From positions 1 through 64,000 of the IMG/VR virus record IMGVR_UViG_3300027747_002198: 64,000 nucleotides of DNA; one strand, written 5' to 3'. The position numbers and the translations under genes were made by a program. The DNA is from a virus. Within the stretch, counting starts at the first letter, position 1; each line of letters begins with the position of its first letter. Below are positions 8,359 to 17,501 of the stretch, piece by piece. The notes below the pieces were generated by a model. That model had not been told where the DNA came from. It did not search any database and worked only from the letters and a program-made list of their open reading frames with translations.

Positions 8359-8955
8359 ATGCAATATTTTGATAATCTTCCAAAAATCATTTACACAGAT
8401 AGTTCTGGTGTTCGTTCAATCCGCACAGATTTGTTGGCTCGTGCTAGTATTATTCCACAAATTTTATCAAATCCAATGTTGTATTATCAATATGATATTC
8501 AAGATGGCGATACACCAGAAATTGTTGCACACAAGTATTATAATGATTCTTATCGTTATTGGATAGTTTTATTTGCAAACCAAATGTTGGATCCGCAATG
8601 GGATTGGCCATTAACATATAGTCAATTTAATGATTATATAAATGACAAATACAACGGCGTAGATATATACAATACAGTTCATCATTATGAAAAAGTAATA
8701 ACCAGTTATGATTACACAACACTTACCACAACAACCAACACCGTGACAGTAAGTTTACAAGAATACGATTCATTGTCATTAGGTACAACAACTTACACTT
8801 TACCGACTGGTACAGTAGATGTAACAATTAGCGGCAATATTGTAAATATTTACCAATATGAATTGGGTCTTAACGAAGCCAAAAGAACTATTAATTTATT
8901 AAATGTTTCTTATGTTGATCAAATTGAAAAAGAAATAAAAAAATTATTTAATTAA
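8359..8955 (+). CDS. gp53: Baseplate wedge subunit gp53 (LysM-like)
   Basis: MQYF..LPKI, YDIQDGDTPEIVAHKYY, YWIVLFAN, DPQWDWP, NEAKRTI. Confidence 0.9.
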   Translation: MQYFDNLPKIIYTDSSGVRSIRTDLLARASIIPQILSNPMLYYQYDIQDGDTPEIVAHKYYNDSYRYWIVLFANQMLDPQWDWPLTYSQFNDYINDKYNGVDIYNTVHHYEKVITSYDYTTLTTTTNTVTVSLQEYDSLSLGTTTYTLPTGTVDVTISGNIVNIYQYELGLNEAKRTINLLNVSYVDQIEKEIKKLFN

Positions 8956-8958
8956 AAT

Positions 8959-10326
8959 ATGGATACTCAACCAGTAGAATCTCCCGGATTATATTATCCA
9001 CAGGATTATAATCTTACTACATTAAATTTCTTAACCGCCAATGGTAAAAGAATTGAAATGAAAAAAATAATGAGAGAATTATCTTATTATGAGGACTTAT
9101 ACACATTTGCAATTTCTGGTTATATTAAAATAGAAGATTCTCAAGGCTTTATTGAATCGCTCCAATTAACGGGTAATGAATACCTAGAAGTCAATTTTGG
9201 CAAAATAAAAAATGCACCAAATTCTGACGACCAATTGTTCAGAGTATATAAAGTTGGTGATAGGGTTCCTGCCGGAAATCTTAACACAGAATACTATACT
9301 TTGTATTTTTGTTCTGAAGAATTGGTATTATCTGAACAAAGAAAAATAAGCAAATCATACAAAGGAATGTTAATTTCTGATATTATAACAGATGTTTTAA
9401 ATAATCAATTAAAAGTAAATAGTAAAAAAATAAACAAAATTGAAGAAACCACAGGAATGTATGATTTTGTGGTGCCAAGGATGAAGCCTTTTGAGACCAT
9501 TAGTTGGGTATCGACATATGCTCGGCCCGCAGCAACTGGAACGGTAGGTGCTGATATGTTGTTTTATGAAACAAAAGATGGATTTAATTTTAGGTCTTTA
9601 CAATCATTGTTCCAAGGAAATGTTTATGCGTCTTACAAATATCAACAAAAAAACTTAGACGACAAAGAACAGTCGATGGAAGAAAAATCAATATCAGTAT
9701 TACAATACGAATTTAATAAATCTTTTGATATTGTAAAAGATGTTGCTTCTGGTTCTTTTGCCAATCGTTTAATTACTTTAGACCCAACAACACGAACATA
9801 CAAAACAACTGATTTTGATTATAATAAATTTAAAGATCAAGCAAAATCGTTAAATCCTGATGGTATTATAAACAATCTTGAAAATCGATTTGGAGATACT
9901 TTGAATCAAGCTGCCGAAGCAGTTACTAAGCTTTTAACAAGTAATGCTGGTGAAGGCAATATACCTTACATGAAACAAAAAGAAGCAGGTTTTGCCAAAG
10001 ATATTTTTGCAGAAACCTATGTACCACAAAGAACAGCACAACTTAATTTAGCAAACTATAATGTTGTTAAATTGGCGGTACCTGGCGATCCTGGTCTTAC
10101 TGCTGGAAAAGTAATTGAATTTAACTTGATGACAATTAAACCAAGCACAACCAAAAAAGATTTAGATAAGTTCTATTCTGGTAAATATTTGGTGACAGCT
10201 GTTCGTCATGTTATTCAACCAATGAATGGAACTTATCAAACAATTTTAGAAATTGCCAAAGATAGTGCTGATAACAAATATCAAAATGTCAACAACTCTG
10301 ATTTCAAAGAGAGTGTGTCTGAATAA
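8959..10326 (+). CDS. Baseplate hub protein (gp27-like)
   Basis: Between gp53 and gp5; LFYETKDGFNFRSL, VPGDPGLTAGKVIEF, YSGKYLVTAVRH hub-type motifs. Confidence 0.7.
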   Translation: MDTQPVESPGLYYPQDYNLTTLNFLTANGKRIEMKKIMRELSYYEDLYTFAISGYIKIEDSQGFIESLQLTGNEYLEVNFGKIKNAPNSDDQLFRVYKVGDRVPAGNLNTEYYTLYFCSEELVLSEQRKISKSYKGMLISDIITDVLNNQLKVNSKKINKIEETTGMYDFVVPRMKPFETISWVSTYARPAATGTVGADMLFYETKDGFNFRSLQSLFQGNVYASYKYQQKNLDDKEQSMEEKSISVLQYEFNKSFDIVKDVASGSFANRLITLDPTTRTYKTTDFDYNKFKDQAKSLNPDGIINNLENRFGDTLNQAAEAVTKLLTSNAGEGNIPYMKQKEAGFAKDIFAETYVPQRTAQLNLANYNVVKLAVPGDPGLTAGKVIEFNLMTIKPSTTKKDLDKFYSGKYLVTAVRHVIQPMNGTYQTILEIAKDSADNKYQNVNNSDFKESVSE

Positions 10327-11213
10327 TGGAAAATTTCTTAGGAAAAGATGGTTTTAACTGGTGGATGGGAGTTGTAGAGTCCCGTGATGATCCATTAAAT
10401 CTTGGAAGATGTCAAGTTAGGATATTTGGACATCATTCAGACAATACACAAGAAATTCCTACGGGTGACTTATCATGGGCTTTACCTGGTTATTCGCCTA
10501 ATTCTGGATGGGTATCTTCTACTCCAATCAAAGGTGATTATGTTTTTGGATTCTTTTCTGATGGGGCTTCATCACAAGCACCTGTTATGTTAGCAATATT
10601 TCCTGGTATACCACAGAACGGACCAACAACAGGAGGATTTTCAGAAGGTGATCATTACCCTATAGGTGAACCCACAACAAGTCGTTTATATCGCAATGAA
10701 AAGATAGATCAAACACCAATTGGAGTGCATAATAGCAATTTAGATACTGGTGTTGCAACTGCTTCTGGAGGTTCTTGGAGTGAACCAAAATCACAATATA
10801 ATACACAACCTCCTTATAATAATGTCACCGAAACGATGGCGGGTCATGTTTTTGAGTTAGACGATACTCCGGGTGCTGAAAGAATACACCTAAATCATAA
10901 AACAAATACATTTTTTGAAATTGCGCCAGACGGAAGTAAAGTCACCAAAGTACAAGGCGACAACTATGAAATTTATATTAAAGATAATAATGTTCATGTT
11001 AAAGGTCAATGTAATATCACGGTTGATGGTAATGCTGGTGTCTACGTTAAAGGAGATAGCACATTAAAAACGGATGGTAATTCAAACATAAATGTTGGAG
11101 GTAATGCAAATTTAAATGTATCCGGTAGTTTAAATTCAAAAATTGGAAGTAATTACAATATTAACTGCGGAGGAAACTTTAAAGTTTTGGCTGCAAGAAT
11201 TGATTTAAATTAA
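10326..11213 (+). CDS. gp5: Baseplate central spike gp5 (OB fold + beta-helix, no lysozyme domain)
   Basis: WWMGVVESRDDPLNLGRCQVRIFG, GHVFELDDTPGAERI, C-terminal VxG repeats; only 295 aa. Confidence 0.9.
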   Translation: MENFLGKDGFNWWMGVVESRDDPLNLGRCQVRIFGHHSDNTQEIPTGDLSWALPGYSPNSGWVSSTPIKGDYVFGFFSDGASSQAPVMLAIFPGIPQNGPTTGGFSEGDHYPIGEPTTSRLYRNEKIDQTPIGVHNSNLDTGVATASGGSWSEPKSQYNTQPPYNNVTETMAGHVFELDDTPGAERIHLNHKTNTFFEIAPDGSKVTKVQGDNYEIYIKDNNVHVKGQCNITVDGNAGVYVKGDSTLKTDGNSNINVGGNANLNVSGSLNSKIGSNYNINCGGNFKVLAARIDLN

Positions 11214-11675
11214 ATGTCAACATTAACTCCGGCAACATTATCTACTGTATATGTGGAAACACAATTTTCTGATACAATACTTGTTCAAGAAATTGATGAT
11301 ATGGGGACTGCCTATCCGGCTAATGTAATTTCTGTTACTTCTAATTATGATCCACTTACAAATGTATTTAAATTTTCAAACACGTTTACGACAGGAAGTG
11401 TAACAATTTATGGTGCTTTTTCTTTAAATTTGTTTCCCTCATCAATTATACAGTATATTACAAAAGGAAGTTCAGATAAAATAGAAACTTTGGTTACAAC
11501 AAATTCTTTTGATTTAATTCCTACTGGTAAACAAGTATTTAATTATCAAGCGCCTAGAGCAGCCACAATTGATGTAATTTTTACAATAACAACAAACATT
11601 TCTTTTTCACAAATTACTAAAACCGTAGAATACAATTATGATACGGGTAGAATAAAATTATTGAGGTACATTTGA
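11214..11675 (+). CDS. Hypothetical protein (Thr-rich, beta-rich) between gp5 and PAAR
   Basis: 153-aa ORF abutting the gp5 stop, with a TGATG overlap into the PAAR gene. Confidence 0.6.
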   Translation: MSTLTPATLSTVYVETQFSDTILVQEIDDMGTAYPANVISVTSNYDPLTNVFKFSNTFTTGSVTIYGAFSLNLFPSSIIQYITKGSSDKIETLVTTNSFDLIPTGKQVFNYQAPRAATIDVIFTITTNISFSQITKTVEYNYDTGRIKLLRYI

Positions 11676-11974
11676 TGCCAGCACAATCTAGATTAGGAGA
11701 TATATCTGCCGGACACGCTTGTTTTCCGCCGACTCCTATTATATCAAATGTGACACAAACTGTATACATTAATGGTATACCAGCAGCTCTTTTAGGTTCC
11801 CAACTCGCTCCGCACGCTTGTGGCCGTGAAGTACACGCAGGAGGGTTAAGAAAGATTGTTTCTGGTAGTTCTTCTGTATTTTTTGAAGGAAAAGCGCCTG
11901 CCAGAATAGGTGATTCAATTGCAGATGGAGATTGCATGGCACAAGGTTCAGGTAACGTATTTGTAGGTGGTTAA
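11675..11974 (+). CDS. PAAR-repeat spike tip protein (gp5.4-like)
   Basis: SRLGD..GH.CFPPT, INGIPAA, GSSSVFFEGKAPARIGD, GSGNVFVGG; ATG at 11675. Confidence 0.9.
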   Translation: MPAQSRLGDISAGHACFPPTPIISNVTQTVYINGIPAALLGSQLAPHACGREVHAGGLRKIVSGSSSVFFEGKAPARIGDSIADGDCMAQGSGNVFVGG

Positions 11975-11983
11975 ACCAAATGG

Positions 11984-12062
11984 AAAATTCAAAAATTTGC
12001 GTTCCGGCTCCAAAAATTCTCCTTGCAGATTCAGGAGTCCAAAAAGCAATTTTACTCCTAGA
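11984..12062 (+). repeat. Intergenic structured element, copy 1 (candidate ncRNA/cis-regulatory motif)
   Basis: Aligns with 30165-30244; hairpin AGGAGT-CCA-AAAA-GCAA-TTTT-ACTCCT. Confidence 0.65.
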
Positions 12063-12067
12063 ACTCT

Positions 12068-12075
12068 GATAAATA
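12068..12075 (+). promoter_or_regulatory. Late promoter 4 nt upstream of the gp25 ATG
   Basis: GATAAATA-GAAG-ATG. Confidence 0.55.
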
Positions 12076-12079
12076 GAAG

Positions 12080-12472
12080 ATGGCAAAATTAATAAACATA
12101 TATTCGGACATAGATTTCACTTTCAGCAAACGACCTGTGGTGAAAGATGTTGCTTTAAGTTATGACGAGAAAGCAGTAATAAGGTCAATTAGAAATTTGT
12201 TGTCCTTAAAACACTACGAAAAGCCTTTTAATCCAGAAATTGGTTCAAATTTGGATGCTTTGTTATTTGAAAATTTTTCCCCACTAACTGCTTCTAGCAT
12301 TGAAACTGAAATAAGTAACATTATACAAAATTATGAACCTAGGGCATCTTTAAAAGAAGTTATTGTAAACGCATCGCCAGACAAAAATGCTTATAATGTA
12401 ACTTTAAGTTTTTACATACAAAATGCAACATTACCAACAACGGTATCACTTATATTAGAGAGAAATAGATAA
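12080..12472 (+). CDS. gp25: Baseplate wedge subunit gp25
   Basis: YSDIDFTF, AVIRSIRNL, EKPFNPEIGS, LLFE, NYEPR, LERNR. Confidence 0.92.
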   Translation: MAKLINIYSDIDFTFSKRPVVKDVALSYDEKAVIRSIRNLLSLKHYEKPFNPEIGSNLDALLFENFSPLTASSIETEISNIIQNYEPRASLKEVIVNASPDKNAYNVTLSFYIQNATLPTTVSLILERNR

Positions 12473-12473
12473 A

Positions 12474-14567
12474 ATGGCAGGAGCTAATTCTAATATTCAA
12501 ATTACAGATTTGGATTTTAATAATATTAAATCCAATCTAAAAAAATATTTGCAAGGACAAGATACACTAAAAGATTATAATTATGAAGGTTCTGCACTTT
12601 CAACTCTTTTAGACATACTGGCATACAATACACAGTATAATGCTTATTACCTTAACATGGTGTCTAATGAGATGTTTTTGGATTCTGCGTTAAAAAGAAG
12701 TTCAGTAGTTTCTCACGCCAAACTATTGGACTATGTACCAAAATCTTCAATTGCTCCATCAGCAATAATTAATTTAAAAGTTAATCAGGTAAAAGTACCA
12801 TCATTAACTTTACCGGCGTATACAAAATTTCTATCTGAAGCTATTGACGGCGTAAACTATAATTTTGTCACTACAGATTCAACAACTGTTACTGTTGATA
12901 ATACTGGTACGGCTCTTTTTCAAAATATACAAATCAAACAAGGTTTATCTGCATCAATGAGATTTACTGTTGATAGCGCCACAAATCCAAAATATCTTTT
13001 CACTATACCGGAAACAAATGTTGATACTACCAGTTTAAAGGTTAGTGTTCAACAATCTTCTTCTAGTTCTGCCACAGATAATTATACACTAGCATCTGGT
13101 TATTTAACTTTAAATTCAAATTCTTTGGTTTATTTTTTACAAGAAAGTTTAAATGGCCAATATGAAATTTATTTTGGTGATGGAGTATTAGGAAAAAAAT
13201 TGCCTGATGGTGCTATAGTCAATGTATCGTATGTTGTTACAAATGGTACTTCTTCTGCCGGAGCAAACAATTTTGTTTTAATGCAACCAATATCTGGTTA
13301 TTCAAATAATACAATTTATCCTGTATTCGCTGCTTCTCAAGGTGGAAATAAAGAATCTATAGATTCAATTAAATTTCAAGCACCAAAAAGTTATGCGGCT
13401 CAAGGCCGTGCAGTCACAAAAGAAGATTACATTACGGTGGTACAACAAAATCAATTAGGTTATTCTTTTGATGCAGTTAATGTTTGGGGTGGCCAAGAAA
13501 ATAATCCACCAGTTTATGGCCAAGTATTCATTTGTTTAAAACCAGCTGGGTCATATTTGTTTACTCAAACACAAAAACAAAGATTGTTACAAGAAGTTAT
13601 TAAGCCTATTTCGGTAATGACTGTTGAACCAAATATAGTTGACCCCGATTATACTTACCTTAAATTGAATGTTAATGTTTTATATGATCCAAAGAAAACG
13701 GCTTACACGGCTGCTCAAATTCAGTCAATTATTTCTACAGCTATTACTAATTTTGGACAATCAACATTAAATACTTTTAATTCAACATTTTCTGTACCAG
13801 AGTTGACTTTAACAATTCAAAATTCTGATCCGTCTATCATTACAAATGAAATATCAGTTCAAGTACAAAAGAAATTTTATCCAATATTAGGAGCATCAGA
13901 AACTTATACTTTGAATTACGGAGTAGGTCTTAATAAAGGAATGTTTTTAAGTGGAGTTAATAGTTTCCCTTCCATACAATATGTCGATCCTTCAAATCCA
14001 ACCAATACAATTGATGGAGTTTACATTGAAGAAGTGCCATCGGCGGTTGGAGGAGTTGAATCCATTTCGGTCACCAATCCAGGTTTTGGATATCTATATG
14101 CACCAATTATTACAATTTTGGGTGATGGAACAGGAGCAACAGCAATAGCTTCAATTAATTCCACCGGCACTATTAGTCAAATAGTTATTACTTCTGTTGG
14201 TTCAAATTATACTAATGCGGTTGTACAGATTACTCCGGATCCTAGAGATACAAATCCTGGCCAATTAGGTGCTGCAATTGCAACTGTAATTTCACAATAT
14301 GGAACTTTAAGGTTATATTATTATAATAAAAATAATATAAAAACAATAATCAATTCAAATATAGGTACTATTGATTATCTGAATGGTATTGTTACTATCA
14401 AAGATTTCAATCCATTACAAGTTTCTTCCGAGAGTGCGTTGGGGCAATTATCAATTACTGCTAACCCTTCCACAACAATTATATCATCTTATTTCAATAG
14501 AATTATTACAATTGATCCATATGATACAACTGCAATTACTGTAAATGTAACAGCCAAAAATTCATGA
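12474..14567 (+). CDS. gp6: Baseplate wedge subunit gp6
   Basis: LDFNNIKSNLKKYL, DYNYEGS.LS.LLDILAYNT, NEMFLDSA, YEIYFGDG, QGRAVTKEDY. Confidence 0.93.
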   Translation: MAGANSNIQITDLDFNNIKSNLKKYLQGQDTLKDYNYEGSALSTLLDILAYNTQYNAYYLNMVSNEMFLDSALKRSSVVSHAKLLDYVPKSSIAPSAIINLKVNQVKVPSLTLPAYTKFLSEAIDGVNYNFVTTDSTTVTVDNTGTALFQNIQIKQGLSASMRFTVDSATNPKYLFTIPETNVDTTSLKVSVQQSSSSSATDNYTLASGYLTLNSNSLVYFLQESLNGQYEIYFGDGVLGKKLPDGAIVNVSYVVTNGTSSAGANNFVLMQPISGYSNNTIYPVFAASQGGNKESIDSIKFQAPKSYAAQGRAVTKEDYITVVQQNQLGYSFDAVNVWGGQENNPPVYGQVFICLKPAGSYLFTQTQKQRLLQEVIKPISVMTVEPNIVDPDYTYLKLNVNVLYDPKKTAYTAAQIQSIISTAITNFGQSTLNTFNSTFSVPELTLTIQNSDPSIITNEISVQVQKKFYPILGASETYTLNYGVGLNKGMFLSGVNSFPSIQYVDPSNPTNTIDGVYIEEVPSAVGGVESISVTNPGFGYLYAPIITILGDGTGATAIASINSTGTISQIVITSVGSNYTNAVVQITPDPRDTNPGQLGAAIATVISQYGTLRLYYYNKNNIKTIINSNIGTIDYLNGIVTIKDFNPLQVSSESALGQLSITANPSTTIISSYFNRIITIDPYDTTAITVNVTAKNS

Positions 14568-17494
14568 TATACGGCAATAATAAAACTTCATTATTAGTAT
14601 CATCTCAACTTCCTGAATTTATTCGGGACAATCCTGACTATGCTAATTTTGTTATATTCTTTCAAGCATATTATGAATGGATGGAACAAGAAGGTGGGGT
14701 TACTCAAGGTACCAAAAATTTATTAAGTTATGATGACATTGATCAAACGACATCGCAATTTATTGATTATTTTACCAATGATTTTTTGCCTTATTTTCCT
14801 AAAGACGCATTAATTAGTAAAGCTCAGGCAGTTAAAGTTGCTCGACAATTATATGAATCTAAAGGCACTCCCGCTTCTTATCAATTTTTGTTTAGAATAT
14901 TATTTAACTCAGATGTAGATATTTTCTACACAAAGGATGCCGTATTAAAAGCCTCTGACGGCAAATGGTATGTACCTAAAAGTTTAAAAGTTGTTGATGT
15001 TCAAACTGGACAAACTAATGAGGCATTTTTAAATATATCAAATCTTAGAATAATTGGCGAAACATCAAAATCAATAGCAACAGTTGAAACCTCTGTAATA
15101 GCTGGAAATAAAGTTGAAATTTTTATTTCAAATATTGAAAGGCTTTTCCAGTCCGGTGAAATTGTTCGTGTTGTAGATTCAAATAATCAAAATATTTTAG
15201 ACTCAAATGGTAATCCTATTCGAGGAAAAATTGTAGGCCAGATTAGCCAAATTAAAATTGATCCTAAAAATAGAGGTCTTTATTATGAAGCCGGCGATCC
15301 CGTAATTGTTTATGGTGGTTTGAATAGTACTACAGGTATTGGTGCTACCGCTGAAGTTTCAACAACTCAAACTGGTGGGCTTGAACGAATAACCGTAGTG
15401 AACGGAGGGTATGGTTTTCAATCTTACCCCAACACAGTTATTTTAATAGATCAAGTCGGTGTAAATCCTTATCCAAAAGCACACCTTGTTTCCATCAATC
15501 CTGATCCACAAAAAACTGCCACTTTAGGTTTAATTCCGACCGATTCAATTTCATTAAAATGGAATGAATATATTGGTAACGTATATTTTGGAGGTACTGC
15601 ATATTCCGTTGGTGCCAACACACGAGATCCTGAAGGTTTGTCTGGTCCAAATTCGCCTAACTGGACCGGGAGTCCTTACAGGTTTGCTGCAAACTATAAT
15701 GCAAATTCAAATACAACTTTAGCAAACGCATTTAGTTTTATTAGCCTTACAACTTATCCAATAGGTTCAATTATTCTTGATAATGCTGGTTCCGGAATCA
15801 CTGCAGCACCTAATGTTTCTGCACAATCTTTAATTACAACAGATGTTGGTACTGCAAATTTATCTTCTCTTGGCATTTTGGCTCCGATACAAATTGTAAA
15901 TCCAGGTAAAGGTTATAGAGTAAACGATACTATTAATATTTTAGGTGGTAGTGGTTACGGTGCTTATGCCAATGTTGTTGGAGTATATGCTAATGGTGGT
16001 ATTTCAAATGTTTCATATGTTTATTCAGCCGCAAACACTAAACAAACTCATCCTTTAGGTGGCATGGGTTATGGTTCTGGATTACCTACACTAACGATTA
16101 CTTCTTCAAATACTCAAGCGGCCAATGCTTCATTAGTTGTAACTTCAATATTAGGTTCTGGTACAACACTTCAAGCTATTCCACAACCTACAGTAGGATC
16201 AATTATAACAATTAACATATTGAATCCAGGTGAAGATTATGTTGCGGCACCAAATGTTTCCTTTAAAGTTCAAGATGTTTTGGTGTCAAATGTAAGCGTT
16301 TCTTCTGTGCCACAAAAAGGCGATATAGTATACCAAGGAGCAAATACCAATACTGCAAGTTATATTGCTTATGTTGATTCTGTTTCACAATTAAATAAAA
16401 ACATTGATCCCACACAATCTTTATACAACCTAAGAACTTATAATTACACTTCAACTCCAAATCCACTTTTACCAGTAAAAGTTAATAACAAGAATATTGT
16501 TTTAAACATGAATGGACTTGTTTATTCTGGATATAAAAATGGAGTTATAACTTATGGTGACGGATCTGCAAAAGGTACCGCCACATTCTTAAATGGATTG
16601 ATGATAGGTGAAGGTCAATATTTAACCACTTCTGGTCAACCAAGTGGTTATGATGTATTACAAAATGAAGATTACAATAACTTCACTTATGAAATTACAG
16701 TAGAAAAAGAGATTTCTAAGTACAGAGATATATTATTAAACTTATTACATCCATCAGGAATGAAAGTTCTTGGTAGATATAAAATGAGTGCAAATTTACA
16801 ATATAATACATCATATGTTGAAGCATTACAAACTGGTCTACTATTACAAGATTATACCGGTACTCCAGGAAGTTCTGTTAGTATAGTAACTGACTTTACT
16901 AACATGAGTAATAATATTGTACAATTTAACACTTTAGGCAGTATACCTTTAAATACCATTATAACAACTGGTGTACCTGGCGTTGCTAATAGTATTTTAG
17001 AAATAACTCCTACAAATGGTCCTGCAATCCGTTCGGAAGTTATTGCAATTAATAATGCGGCTAATACTGTCACACTAAAAGAGAACACTTGGTTAACTTT
17101 TGCAAATGTTGCATATATTAGTGGTAGAAGTGGAAACAGCATTATAAATATATCATCATTGACTGGTTCCTATGATATTATTAATAATGGGAATTACAGT
17201 AATACAAGGTATCCTTTGATGGATATTGTATATGTTGGTGATACAATTAATATTGCTAATAACCCAATATTAACCGTTACAAGTATTAATTACGCAAACA
17301 ATACATTATCATTTACACCTAGTTTGACGGCAAATGCTAATGGTTTTATGTCAGTAAGAAGAACTTATAATAATATAAGTGATGGATCCGTTAAAATATT
17401 TGGTCCATTGGGTGTACAATATATTCCACAATTGTCAACAGAAGATGACAAAGTATTAACAACAGAAGATAATAACATAATCCTATTGGGGTAA
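14564..17494 (+). CDS. gp7: Baseplate wedge initiator gp7-like
   Basis: SQLPEFI, AYYEWME, YESKGTPASYQFLFRILF, YNNFTYEI...LLHPSGMK; follows gp6. Confidence 0.7.
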   Translation: MIYGNNKTSLLVSSQLPEFIRDNPDYANFVIFFQAYYEWMEQEGGVTQGTKNLLSYDDIDQTTSQFIDYFTNDFLPYFPKDALISKAQAVKVARQLYESKGTPASYQFLFRILFNSDVDIFYTKDAVLKASDGKWYVPKSLKVVDVQTGQTNEAFLNISNLRIIGETSKSIATVETSVIAGNKVEIFISNIERLFQSGEIVRVVDSNNQNILDSNGNPIRGKIVGQISQIKIDPKNRGLYYEAGDPVIVYGGLNSTTGIGATAEVSTTQTGGLERITVVNGGYGFQSYPNTVILIDQVGVNPYPKAHLVSINPDPQKTATLGLIPTDSISLKWNEYIGNVYFGGTAYSVGANTRDPEGLSGPNSPNWTGSPYRFAANYNANSNTTLANAFSFISLTTYPIGSIILDNAGSGITAAPNVSAQSLITTDVGTANLSSLGILAPIQIVNPGKGYRVNDTINILGGSGYGAYANVVGVYANGGISNVSYVYSAANTKQTHPLGGMGYGSGLPTLTITSSNTQAANASLVVTSILGSGTTLQAIPQPTVGSIITINILNPGEDYVAAPNVSFKVQDVLVSNVSVSSVPQKGDIVYQGANTNTASYIAYVDSVSQLNKNIDPTQSLYNLRTYNYTSTPNPLLPVKVNNKNIVLNMNGLVYSGYKNGVITYGDGSAKGTATFLNGLMIGEGQYLTTSGQPSGYDVLQNEDYNNFTYEITVEKEISKYRDILLNLLHPSGMKVLGRYKMSANLQYNTSYVEALQTGLLLQDYTGTPGSSVSIVTDFTNMSNNIVQFNTLGSIPLNTIITTGVPGVANSILEITPTNGPAIRSEVIAINNAANTVTLKENTWLTFANVAYISGRSGNSIINISSLTGSYDIINNGNYSNTRYPLMDIVYVGDTINIANNPILTVTSINYANNTLSFTPSLTANANGFMSVRRTYNNISDGSVKIFGPLGVQYIPQLSTEDDKVLTTEDNNIILLG

Positions 17495-17501
17495 GTAAAG
17501 A

